Positions 56,607-63,729 of a stretch of 64,000 bases of DNA are shown piece by piece. The stretch is from Candidatus Aminicenantales bacterium. GTDB taxonomy: Bacteria > Acidobacteriota > Aminicenantia > Aminicenantales > Saccharicenantaceae. Below the pieces are notes generated by a model. That model worked only from the letters and a program-made list of their open reading frames with translations. It did not search any database and was not told where the DNA came from. The position numbers were made by a program, and so were the translations under genes. Within the stretch, counting starts at the first letter, position 1, and every line of letters starts with the position of its first letter. The stretch is from the NCBI GenBank assembly GCA_049513915.1, contig JBEKVN010000001.1, positions 158,283 through 222,282 of the forward strand, in the 5' to 3' direction.

Positions 56607-57188
56607 ATGGGTTTTTTCGTTCACGAAAGCTCTTACCTGGACGATGGCGTCATCATCGGAGAAGGTACAAAAATCTGGCATTTCTGCCATATTCAGAAGG
56701 GTGCTCAAGTAGGAAAAAACTGTACGCTCGGGCAGAACGTCAATGTCGGGAACAACGTCGTCATCGGGAATCACGTGAAGATCCAAAACAATGTCTCGGT
56801 CTACGAGGGCGTCACCCTCGAGGACTACGTCTTCTGCGGGCCATCCGTCGTTTTCACAAATATCATCAACCCGCGCAGCAAGTATCTCCAGTCCGGCGCG
56901 GAGTTCTACAAAAAAACGATCGTCCGCGAGGGGGCTACCCTCGGCGCCAACTGCACGGTCATGTGCGGGCACAATATCGGACGTTTCGCGTTCGTTGGAG
57001 CCGGAGCGGTCGTGACCAAGGATGTCCCGGATTTCGCGCTTGTCGTCGGATGTCCGGCGAAGGTCGCGGGGTGGGTCAGCGAAGCCGGAAAGCGCCTCGA
57101 GTTCAATAAGGACGGGCTGGCGTATTGTGAAAAATCGGGGGTGACGTATAGATTTGAAAAAGGCCACGTCGTGGAACTTAAGAAATAA
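56607..57188 (+). CDS. Hexapeptide-repeat N-acetyltransferase, WbpD-like (UDP-GlcNAc3NA N-acetyltransferase type)
   Basis: 193 aa LbH protein ([44 protein letters not shown]). It directly follows the WbpE/WbpB-like genes, as in wbp/wlb clusters. Confidence 0.7.
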   Translation: MGFFVHESSYLDDGVIIGEGTKIWHFCHIQKGAQVGKNCTLGQNVNVGNNVVIGNHVKIQNNVSVYEGVTLEDYVFCGPSVVFTNIINPRSKYLQSGAEFYKKTIVREGATLGANCTVMCGHNIGRFAFVGAGAVVTKDVPDFALVVGCPAKVAGWVSEAGKRLEFNKDGLAYCEKSGVTYRFEKGHVVELKK

Positions 57189-57244
57189 GCTCTCCGCGCA
57201 TAGCTCGCCGGCCTGTTGATTCGTTCCCTCTTTTACGGTATAGC

Positions 57245-58375
57245 ATGGGCGACATGAGCCGCGAGTCGACGAGCGTCATGGTCCGGGAAGGCCGCGTGCT
57301 TTCGGTCGACCTTTTCCGCGGCGTCATCATGTTTCTCCTGATCGGCAAGGTGACCGGTTTGTACGACCTTCTCGCCGCGCCGGCCCTCGACGGGACGGTC
57401 GTCCACGCCCTGGGCCTCCAATTCCAGCACCACCCGTGGCACGGCCTGAGGCTGTGGGACCTCGGCCAGCCCTTTTTCATGTTCATCAGCGGTGTCGCTA
57501 TGGTCTTCTCCTACGAAAAGCGCTGGGAGCGGGGAGAGAGCTGGGGGACGATGCTGGGCCAGGCCCTGCGGCGGTCTTTCCTGCTGTTCGCGCTCGGCTG
57601 GGCGCTTTACCAGGTCGGTTCCGAGGCGGGCGGCTTCAAAGGCGCGTTTCTCTTCGACATCCTGCCCCAACTCGCTTTCGCCAGTCTCGTCGCTTTTCTT
57701 CTGATCAGGCGGCCGGCGCGGACGCAGATCGGCGTCGCCCTCGGCCTCGTCGTCCTGACGGAGCTCCTCTATCGCCTCTGGCCCGTCGCCGGCTTCGACC
57801 AGCCCTTTACGGCCGGTCATAACTTCGGCTCCTGGCTCGACACGGCCCTGTTCGGCGCGACCTCGGAGGAGTGTCTGGTCACCTTCAACATGGTGCCGGC
57901 GGCAGCATTTGCGATTCTTGGTGTTCTTGCCGCGGGTCTGCTCAAGAGCGGCCGATCGCAGAAGAAAAAGCTCATGAGCTTGGTTTGGACGGGCTTGGCG
58001 GGAGTCGCCCTGGGCCTCGCTCTCGATCCTCTGACGCCGGTCGTCAAGCGCCTCTGCACGAGCTCCTTCGTCATCCTGGGCGGGGGCCTGGCCTTCCTAT
58101 CTCTCGCCCTGGGGTATTGGCTGATCGACATCATGAAATTCCGGAAGCGGTCGGAGTTTTTCGTCATCGTGGGCATGAACCCGGTTTTCATCTACCTTTT
58201 CGCGCTCTCGGGCGGAGCGGATTGGCTCCACAGGATCGTCGCGCCGTTCTCCATGGCCTTCTCCGGATGGATGGGGGAGGGACCGGCCCGGATCCTGACG
58301 AGTTTGGCGGTCTGGGGCCTGTTGTGGGCCCTTACCTATTGGCTCTATCGGAGAAAGATCTTCATCAGGATCTAG
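57245..58375 (+). CDS. Polytopic membrane protein, DUF1624/HGSNAT-like putative transmembrane acyltransferase
   Basis: N-terminal RVLSVDLFRGVIMFLLI resembles the catalytic-domain start of heparan-alpha-glucosaminide N-acetyltransferase-like bacterial proteins. About 10 TM helices. Ends 11 nt before the exosortase gene. Confidence 0.45.
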   Translation: MGDMSRESTSVMVREGRVLSVDLFRGVIMFLLIGKVTGLYDLLAAPALDGTVVHALGLQFQHHPWHGLRLWDLGQPFFMFISGVAMVFSYEKRWERGESWGTMLGQALRRSFLLFALGWALYQVGSEAGGFKGAFLFDILPQLAFASLVAFLLIRRPARTQIGVALGLVVLTELLYRLWPVAGFDQPFTAGHNFGSWLDTALFGATSEECLVTFNMVPAAAFAILGVLAAGLLKSGRSQKKKLMSLVWTGLAGVALGLALDPLTPVVKRLCTSSFVILGGGLAFLSLALGYWLIDIMKFRKRSEFFVIVGMNPVFIYLFALSGGADWLHRIVAPFSMAFSGWMGEGPARILTSLAVWGLLWALTYWLYRRKIFIRI

Positions 58376-58386
58376 CGGATTCGTTC

Positions 58387-59277
58387 ATGAGGAAGAAGGA
58401 TTGGCTGTTCGCTTTATTGACAGCCGTGACGCTGGCGCTTGCCGTGCCGCCGCTTGTCGATCTGCTGCGGACAAGGTGGTTATCGGAGTACTACGGTCAT
58501 ATCTCTTTGATCCCGATCGTCAGCGCTTACCTAATGTTCCGGCGCAGAAGGGAGATATTCCGGGGGACGGCATCGGGCCATCCTTGGGGGATTCTGGCCG
58601 CGGCGGCGGGCGTCGGGCTGTATGTGGCCGGCAGGTTCCTCGGCGGGGGGTTCGACGTCCGGGCCTCGCTGACGACCCTCGGGGCGCTTCTCTTCTGGTG
58701 CGGCTCCTATCTCTTGCTTTACGGAAAGAACGGCAGCCGGCGGGCCTTCTTCCCGCTCGCCTTCCTTCTTTTCGCCGTACCCATCCCGGCCCCAATTATT
58801 GAGAAGATCATCGCCGTCCTTGTCGTCGGCTCGGCCTACATGACCCGCCTGTTGTTGGTGGGTTTGGGCGTGCCGTTCGTTCAGGAAGGGCCCGTATTCC
58901 GCCTCCCCGGCTTCGCTATCGAGATCGCCCAGGAATGCAGCGGGATCCGATCGAGCCTGGCCCTCCTCATCACCACAGTCCTGGCCGGGCAGATCTTTTT
59001 GAAGAAGTTTTGGAAGCAAGCCCTGTTGGCCCTGGCCGTATTCCCCGTGGCCTTGTTCAAGAATGCCATCCGGATCGTCACCCTTTATCTGCTGTCCTAT
59101 TTTGTGGACATGAGGATTATTAAAGGGGGGTTCCTGCACAGGTCAGGGGGCTTCATTTTCTTCGGCTTGGGACTAGTCGTGCTGGCTTCGATCCTCTGGC
59201 TTCTCAGGGAGGGGGAGGGCCGAAGATCCGGGGCAAAAATGGACCTGGGGGATTTTAAAGGCAAGAAAATAAATTAG
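58387..59277 (+). CDS. Exosortase (EpsH/Xrt family transpeptidase)
   Basis: Conserved N-terminal YYGHISLIPIVSAYLMFRRR, active-site Cys block IEIAQECSGIRSS, Arg block LFKNAIRIVT, and about 8 TM helices. ATG 58387 is in frame within the longer track ORF 57871..59277. Confidence 0.8.
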   Translation: MRKKDWLFALLTAVTLALAVPPLVDLLRTRWLSEYYGHISLIPIVSAYLMFRRRREIFRGTASGHPWGILAAAAGVGLYVAGRFLGGGFDVRASLTTLGALLFWCGSYLLLYGKNGSRRAFFPLAFLLFAVPIPAPIIEKIIAVLVVGSAYMTRLLLVGLGVPFVQEGPVFRLPGFAIEIAQECSGIRSSLALLITTVLAGQIFLKKFWKQALLALAVFPVALFKNAIRIVTLYLLSYFVDMRIIKGGFLHRSGGFIFFGLGLVVLASILWLLREGEGRRSGAKMDLGDFKGKKIN

Positions 59278-59321
59278 ATAGGTAGGAGGGGGTGATTTTT
59301 TCCCGTTTAGGCTATTTCTGA

Positions 59322-59350
59322 TTGACAACAAGGGCGGCTTGTGCGATATT
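59322..59350 (+). promoter_or_regulatory. Candidate strong sigma70 promoter (TTGACA-N17-GATATT) plus AAGGAGG Shine-Dalgarno for the PEP-CTERM mini-protein
   Basis: Perfect -35 at 59322-59327, 17-nt spacer, -10 GATATT at 59345-59350. SD AAGGAGG at 59381-59387, 6 nt before ATG 59394. Confidence 0.45.
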
Positions 59351-59393
59351 TGGCTAGCCAAGTTTTCTCTAATCGTGGAAAAGGAGGCTTTTG

Positions 59394-59648
59394 ATGAAAA
59401 GAGCCAAAATCGTCGTTCTCTCAGTGATTCTGCTATTCTTCGTCCTGTCGACGGTGGCCAGCGCCGCGGGGATGTGGCCCGGCTGGTGGAAATCGAAAAC
59501 GGACCAGCATAGTGGCACGACCGGCACTGCCGGCGGCACAGGAAGCAGCGCCGTTTCCGTCCCCGAGCCTGCGATTATCGCCCTTCTCGGCGCCGGCCTG
59601 GTTTCCCTCGGTCTTTATGCCAAAAGGAAACGCGGCAAGAAGCAGTAA
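59394..59648 (+). CDS. Tiny PEP-CTERM sorting-domain protein (signal peptide + ~30-aa Trp/Gly/Thr-rich segment + PEP-CTERM anchor)
   Basis: MKRAKIVVLSVILLFFVLSTVASA (signal peptide), then AGMWPGWWKSKTDQHSGTTGTAGGTGSSAVS, then VPEP-AIIALLGAGLVSLGLYA-KRKRGKKQ (PEP motif, TM helix, basic tail). This is the canonical exosortase-target C-terminus. It lies directly downstream of the exosortase. Confidence 0.75.
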   Translation: MKRAKIVVLSVILLFFVLSTVASAAGMWPGWWKSKTDQHSGTTGTAGGTGSSAVSVPEPAIIALLGAGLVSLGLYAKRKRGKKQ

Positions 59649-59684
59649 TCGCCGGAAAATTCTTTCCTGACTTTTGAAATGACG

Positions 59685-59708
59685 GGAGGCCCCTAAGAAG
59701 GGGCTTCC
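59685..59708 (+). terminator. Possible hairpin terminator downstream of the PEP-CTERM gene
   Basis: GGAGGCCCCT-AAGA-AGGGGCTTCC forms a 10-bp stem (one G·U) with a 4-nt loop. There is no clear U-tract, so the call is weak. Confidence 0.25.
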
Positions 59709-59803
59709 GTGGTTGGCACGGCCTGCCCTGACCCCATATACCTTCTTGTCTCATTCCCTTATTTATGCTATCGTCCCGAGAAAGTGACAGAGGAGGGGTC
59801 TTC

Positions 59804-59923
59804 TTGATCATCGTAGGCGAACGCCTCAACTCCAGCCGGGAAGTCGTCCTCGAGGCGCTCCAAAAAAAGGACGCCGACTATCTCAGCTACATCCGGGAAC
59901 AGGCGAAAAAGTCGGGGGCGTAG
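59804..59923 (+). pseudogene. Truncated remnant (39 codons) of a methyltetrahydrofolate pterin-binding domain gene (MetH/MtrH-type)
   Basis: TTG start with GGAGG SD. The translation LIIVGERLNSSREVVLEALQKKDADYLSYIREQAKKSGA* matches the start of the pterin-binding domain (E. coli MetH: [38 protein letters not shown]). It then stops and abuts the convergent HMT/MTHFR gene. Confidence 0.4.
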
Positions 59924-59930
59924 GCCAGGC

Positions 59931-61754
59931 CTACAGGACTTGCAGGACCTCTAGCGCAAGGTCATATTTCCCCAGCGGCGGGCTTATCTGGACACCCTGA
60001 ACCATGCCCTTGATCCTGCCCAGAATGTCCCGGGCAATCTCCACACCTTCCCGCCGGGCGCTCTCGGGACTCTGATCCTGCGCGCGGCGCATCCGTTCCA
60101 TGATTTCGTCAGGGATCGAGGTGCCGGGCACCTCATTGTGCATGAATTCGGCGTTTCTTAGGCTCCACAGCGGCCAGATGCCCCCGAGAATGGGAACCCC
60201 GCACGATCCCGTCCTCTTGAGAAATTGCTCGAGAAGGCGGACGTCGAAAACCGGCTGGGTGATGGCGAATTCAGCCCCGGCTTCCACCTTCCGCTCAAAC
60301 CGGTGAATTTCGTTGTTGAGGTCTATAGCCCCTGGGTTGACGCCGACTCCAACTAAGAACGAGGTCGGCTTATCCATCTTTTTCCCGCCGATGTCGAAGC
60401 CGCGGTTGAGGCAGCTGACGAAGCCCGCGAGGCCGATCGAATCGACGTCAAAAACCGCTGTCGCATCCGGATAATCTCCGAGTTTGGGCGGATCGCCCGT
60501 GATGATTAAGATATTCTGGATATGTTGGGCCTGCAGGCCTAGAAAATCCGACTGTATCCCGAGGAGGTTCCGGTCGCGGCACGTGTAGTGCAGGATGATG
60601 TCCATCTTGGTGGTGGCCGTCAAAATGGAGGCAAGGGCCATGGGACTCATCCGGGCGCTGGCCCGGGGCCCATCGGGGATGTTTATCCCATCCACCCCGT
60701 GTTTCTCGAGTTTCCGGACGGCCTCGATCGCCGGGGACGGGTCATGCCCGCGGGGCGGCACGACTTCGACGCTGGTCACGAATTTTCTGTCCGCGAGTTT
60801 TTTCCCGAGGGCGGACTTCTCTCGGATCGGAATTTGCGGCGCGCCCCGGGCCTCGGCAAGATGTCTAGCGGCCGGCATCACCCGCCTGGGCGGTTGCAGC
60901 GCTTTTATCGCGGATCTCATGGCCTTGATGTGGGCCGGAGTCGTGCCGCAGCATCCGCCGACGATCCTTACGCCGGTCATGATAAACCGTTTGGCGTATT
61001 CAGCCATGTAGTCGGGCGAACAGAGATAAAGGTTTCGCCCGTCGACTTCCCGGGGCATGCCGGCGTTGGGCATGGCCGATAGGGGAAGGGCGGTGATTTT
61101 CATCATCCGCTCGATGCATTGGAGCATGAGGGCGGGCCCGACGCTGCAGTTGACCCCAATAACCTGAACGTCCAGGCTTTCGAGCTCTTTGGTAAAAACT
61201 TCCGGAGTCGTGCCGTATAAGCTGTTGCCGTCTTCTCCGATGGTCATCTCGGCGATCACAGGGATATCCGGGGCGGCCTCCCGGATTCCCCGGACGGCGT
61301 GCTCGATTTCATGGACGGCCGCGAACGTTTCCAAAATGAAAACGTCCACTCCGCCTTCCTGAAGGGACCGGGCTTGCTCGGCGAACGCGTCTTCGGCCTC
61401 TTCGGCCGCGAGTTGCCCCCAGGGCTCGACCTTGACCCCAAGGGGGCCTATTGAGCCGGCCAGAAATACGTCGGGGCCGGCTTCCTCGCGCGCGATCCGG
61501 GCGCCGGCACGATTGATTTCGGCGACCTTGTCGTTGAGTCCGTACTTCTTGAGCTTGAAACGGTTCGCCCCGAACGTATTGGTCTCGATGATGTCCGCTC
61601 CGCTCCGGACATATTCGCGGTGGATCTCTTGAACAATACTGGCATTGGTCAGGTTGAGCTCGTCAAAACACGTATTCAGGTAGATCCCCTTGCTGTAGAG
61701 CATGGTTCCCATGCCGCCGTCGCCAAGAAGGATCCTCTCCGCAAGCGCGTCCAA
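59931..61754 (-). CDS. Bifunctional homocysteine S-methyltransferase / 5,10-methylenetetrahydrofolate reductase
   Basis: N-terminal LLGDGGMGTML...ETNTF (HMT domain with Zn-binding GGCCGTTP later) and a C-terminal MTHFR-like TIM-barrel half. Confidence 0.8.
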   Translation of the reverse strand: MDALAERILLGDGGMGTMLYSKGIYLNTCFDELNLTNASIVQEIHREYVRSGADIIETNTFGANRFKLKKYGLNDKVAEINRAGARIAREEAGPDVFLAGSIGPLGVKVEPWGQLAAEEAEDAFAEQARSLQEGGVDVFILETFAAVHEIEHAVRGIREAAPDIPVIAEMTIGEDGNSLYGTTPEVFTKELESLDVQVIGVNCSVGPALMLQCIERMMKITALPLSAMPNAGMPREVDGRNLYLCSPDYMAEYAKRFIMTGVRIVGGCCGTTPAHIKAMRSAIKALQPPRRVMPAARHLAEARGAPQIPIREKSALGKKLADRKFVTSVEVVPPRGHDPSPAIEAVRKLEKHGVDGINIPDGPRASARMSPMALASILTATTKMDIILHYTCRDRNLLGIQSDFLGLQAQHIQNILIITGDPPKLGDYPDATAVFDVDSIGLAGFVSCLNRGFDIGGKKMDKPTSFLVGVGVNPGAIDLNNEIHRFERKVEAGAEFAITQPVFDVRLLEQFLKRTGSCGVPILGGIWPLWSLRNAEFMHNEVPGTSIPDEIMERMRRAQDQSPESARREGVEIARDILGRIKGMVQGVQISPPLGKYDLALEVLQVL

Positions 61755-61911
61755 AAATGGATTTTTGATGTGTCGGCCCCCGCTTTCAGCGTGTTTTCGT
61801 TACAGAGCGATTATAAGGAGCGGTCTCGCGAAAAGTCAAACGACTGCGAAAAACCGTTCCGTGCGGGTCTTGATTCTTCTTTCCCTTTTGGGGTAATCAT
61901 AGAGGAGCGCC

Positions 61912-62586
61912 ATGGAAACGATCGACCGCATCCCTGTCACGCTCGACCCCGCCGCCGTCGCCAAACGCCTGAGGCACAACCCGGCACGCGCCTCTTCCGT
62001 AAACCTCGACGAGCTCCTCGCCCTGGCCGGCTCGCTCATTCGCCTGCGCGCCGTCTACGAGGTCTCCTATACGGGCGCGAAAGGGGAGGACACAGTCGAA
62101 GTGGCCGGCGTCACATTCCGCAGCCGCATCCTTCGCCGCAACCTCGACCAGGCCCAGAAGGTCTTCCCGTTCATCATGACCGCGGGGCCCGCGCTAGAGG
62201 CCGCCGCGACTTCCTCGGGCGACCTGCTCAAGCAGTATTACCTCGAGGAAATGGCCAATATCGCCCTCGAGAACGGCGCCGCGTGGCTCGCCGAACGCCT
62301 CAAAACGCGCTATGGACTTCCAGGGCTCGCCAGCATGGACCCCGGCTCGCTCGAGGATTGGCCGATCACCGAGCAGCCGAAGCTTTTCTCGATCTTAGGC
62401 GACACGGAACGGCTCGTCGGCGTGCGCCTCACGGACAGCATGCTCATGATCCCGCGGAAGTCCATTTCGGGCATTTTCTTTCCGTCGGAGGAGGGGTTCT
62501 CGTCCTGCCAGCTCTGCGACCGGGATGCCTGCCCGGCCCGGCGCGGCCCATACGATGAAGTTATGGCCATTAATTACAAAGCGTAA
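61912..62586 (+). CDS. Stand-alone vitamin-B12-dependent methionine synthase activation (AdoMet-binding) domain-like protein
   Basis: 224-aa soluble protein with the composition and length of the MetH reactivation domain. It sits next to the HMT/MTHFR gene, as in split-MetH organisms. Confidence 0.45.
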   Translation: METIDRIPVTLDPAAVAKRLRHNPARASSVNLDELLALAGSLIRLRAVYEVSYTGAKGEDTVEVAGVTFRSRILRRNLDQAQKVFPFIMTAGPALEAAATSSGDLLKQYYLEEMANIALENGAAWLAERLKTRYGLPGLASMDPGSLEDWPITEQPKLFSILGDTERLVGVRLTDSMLMIPRKSISGIFFPSEEGFSSCQLCDRDACPARRGPYDEVMAINYKA

Positions 62587-62600
62587 TAATAAATGGGTAA

Positions 62601-62685
62601 TAAATGGGGACGGTCCTGTTTTCCCGATCGGTCCCAACGGGTCGAGTTATGATTCTTCAGAAAGAAACCAGGACCGTCCCTATTT
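62601..62685. repeat. Hairpin element copy 1: 12-20-bp inverted repeat (AAATGGGGACGGTCCTG...CAGGACCGTCCCTATTT) around a ~48-nt loop, followed by a T-run
   Basis: GGGACGGTCCTG at 62607-62618 pairs perfectly with CAGGACCGTCCC at 62669-62680. The same arm sequence recurs at 63635/63706. Located between the MetH-activation gene stop and the peptidase gene. Confidence 0.6.
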
Positions 62686-62698
62686 TTGAGGAGGCGCC

Positions 62699-63625
62699 AT
62701 GAAAAAAGCCCTATTTGCCCTGTTCATTCTCGCGGCCCTCGCCGCACTGATCATTCCCTTCCTTCCCGCCAATCTCCCGGCCCAGCAACGTGATGCCCAG
62801 AAGCTCAAAGTCTTCATTTCGGCCGACATGGAAGGGATCACGGGTGTTGTCGCCTCCGAACAAACGACCCCCGGCAACCCTGAATACGCCGCCGCCAGGA
62901 AATGGATGGCCGAGGACGTCAACGCCGCGGTTGAGGGCGCCCTCCGCGCCGGCGCGACCGAGGTCGTCGTCAACGATTCCCACGGCAGCCAGCGCAACAT
63001 CGACCCCGGCGACATCCACCCCAAGGCCATCCTCATCTCGGGCTACCCCAAGCCGCTTTCGATGATGCAGGGGATCGACGAATCCTATAACGCCGTCCTC
63101 TTCATCGGCTACCACGCTGGCGCCGGCACCCAGGACGCGGTCCTCGACCATACGATCTCGGGGAGCGTCGTCCAGAGTGTCAAAGTCAACGGGATGGAAC
63201 TGCCCGAGCTCGGGCTCAACGCGGCCATCGCCGGCGCCTACAACGTGCCCGTCGTCTTCATCAGCGGCGACGTGGCCGTCTGCCGCCAGGCGAAGACGAT
63301 CCTGGGCGGTGACGTCGTCACGGCGCCCGTCAAGGACGGTATCGGGCGCACGGCCGCCCGCCTCGTCCCCTTCGCCGAGGCCCGCCGCGGCATCCGCGAC
63401 CGGGTGACCGATGCCCTCCGCAAACTGGGCCAGGTTAAGCCCTTCAAGATCGCGGCGCCCTGCCGGTTCGAGCTCATGTTCTACATCTCGGCCCAGGCGG
63501 ACATGGCCATGTATTTTCCGAACGTCCAGAGGGTGAACTCGCGGACCGTGGCCTTCACGTCCGATGATTATCTCAAGGGATTCAAGACGCTCCGGGGGAT
63601 GATCGCCATCGCGCCCGGGCGGTGA
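62699..63625 (+). CDS. Peptidase family M55 (D-aminopeptidase DppA-like) with N-terminal signal/TM segment
   Basis: KVFISADMEGITGVV matches the DppA N-terminal motif. Hydrophobic leader ALFALFILAALAALIIPFL. Confidence 0.7.
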   Translation: MKKALFALFILAALAALIIPFLPANLPAQQRDAQKLKVFISADMEGITGVVASEQTTPGNPEYAAARKWMAEDVNAAVEGALRAGATEVVVNDSHGSQRNIDPGDIHPKAILISGYPKPLSMMQGIDESYNAVLFIGYHAGAGTQDAVLDHTISGSVVQSVKVNGMELPELGLNAAIAGAYNVPVVFISGDVAVCRQAKTILGGDVVTAPVKDGIGRTAARLVPFAEARRGIRDRVTDALRKLGQVKPFKIAAPCRFELMFYISAQADMAMYFPNVQRVNSRTVAFTSDDYLKGFKTLRGMIAIAPGR

Positions 63626-63634
63626 CGGCTAACT

Positions 63635-63726
63635 AAATGGGGACGGTCCTGGTTTTCCTTGGCTAATGGCCGGAAGGAGAGGATCTGGGGAAATCCGTAC
63701 GGCGAAACCAGGACCGTCCCCATTTA
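63635..63726. repeat. Hairpin element copy 2: perfect 21-bp inverted repeat (AAATGGGGACGGTCCTGGTTT / AAACCAGGACCGTCCCCATTT) around a 49-nt loop
   Basis: Arms at 63635-63655 and 63706-63726 are exact reverse complements. The arm sequence is shared with copy 1 and the loop differs. Located between the convergent peptidase and ABC permease genes. Confidence 0.65.
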
Positions 63727-63729
63727 GGC

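Noticed and set aside
57871-58386. N-terminal 172-codon extension of the exosortase ORF in the supplied track
   Set aside because: It overlaps the upstream membrane-protein gene in another frame and is Arg/Gly/Pro-rich. The exosortase family N-terminus (MRKKDWLF...YYGHISLIP) begins at ATG 58387.
61620-62558. 312-aa ORF overlapping the MetH activation-domain gene in another frame
   Set aside because: The translation is an Arg/Pro/His-rich nonsense sequence. The alternative frame (61912-62586) has globular composition.
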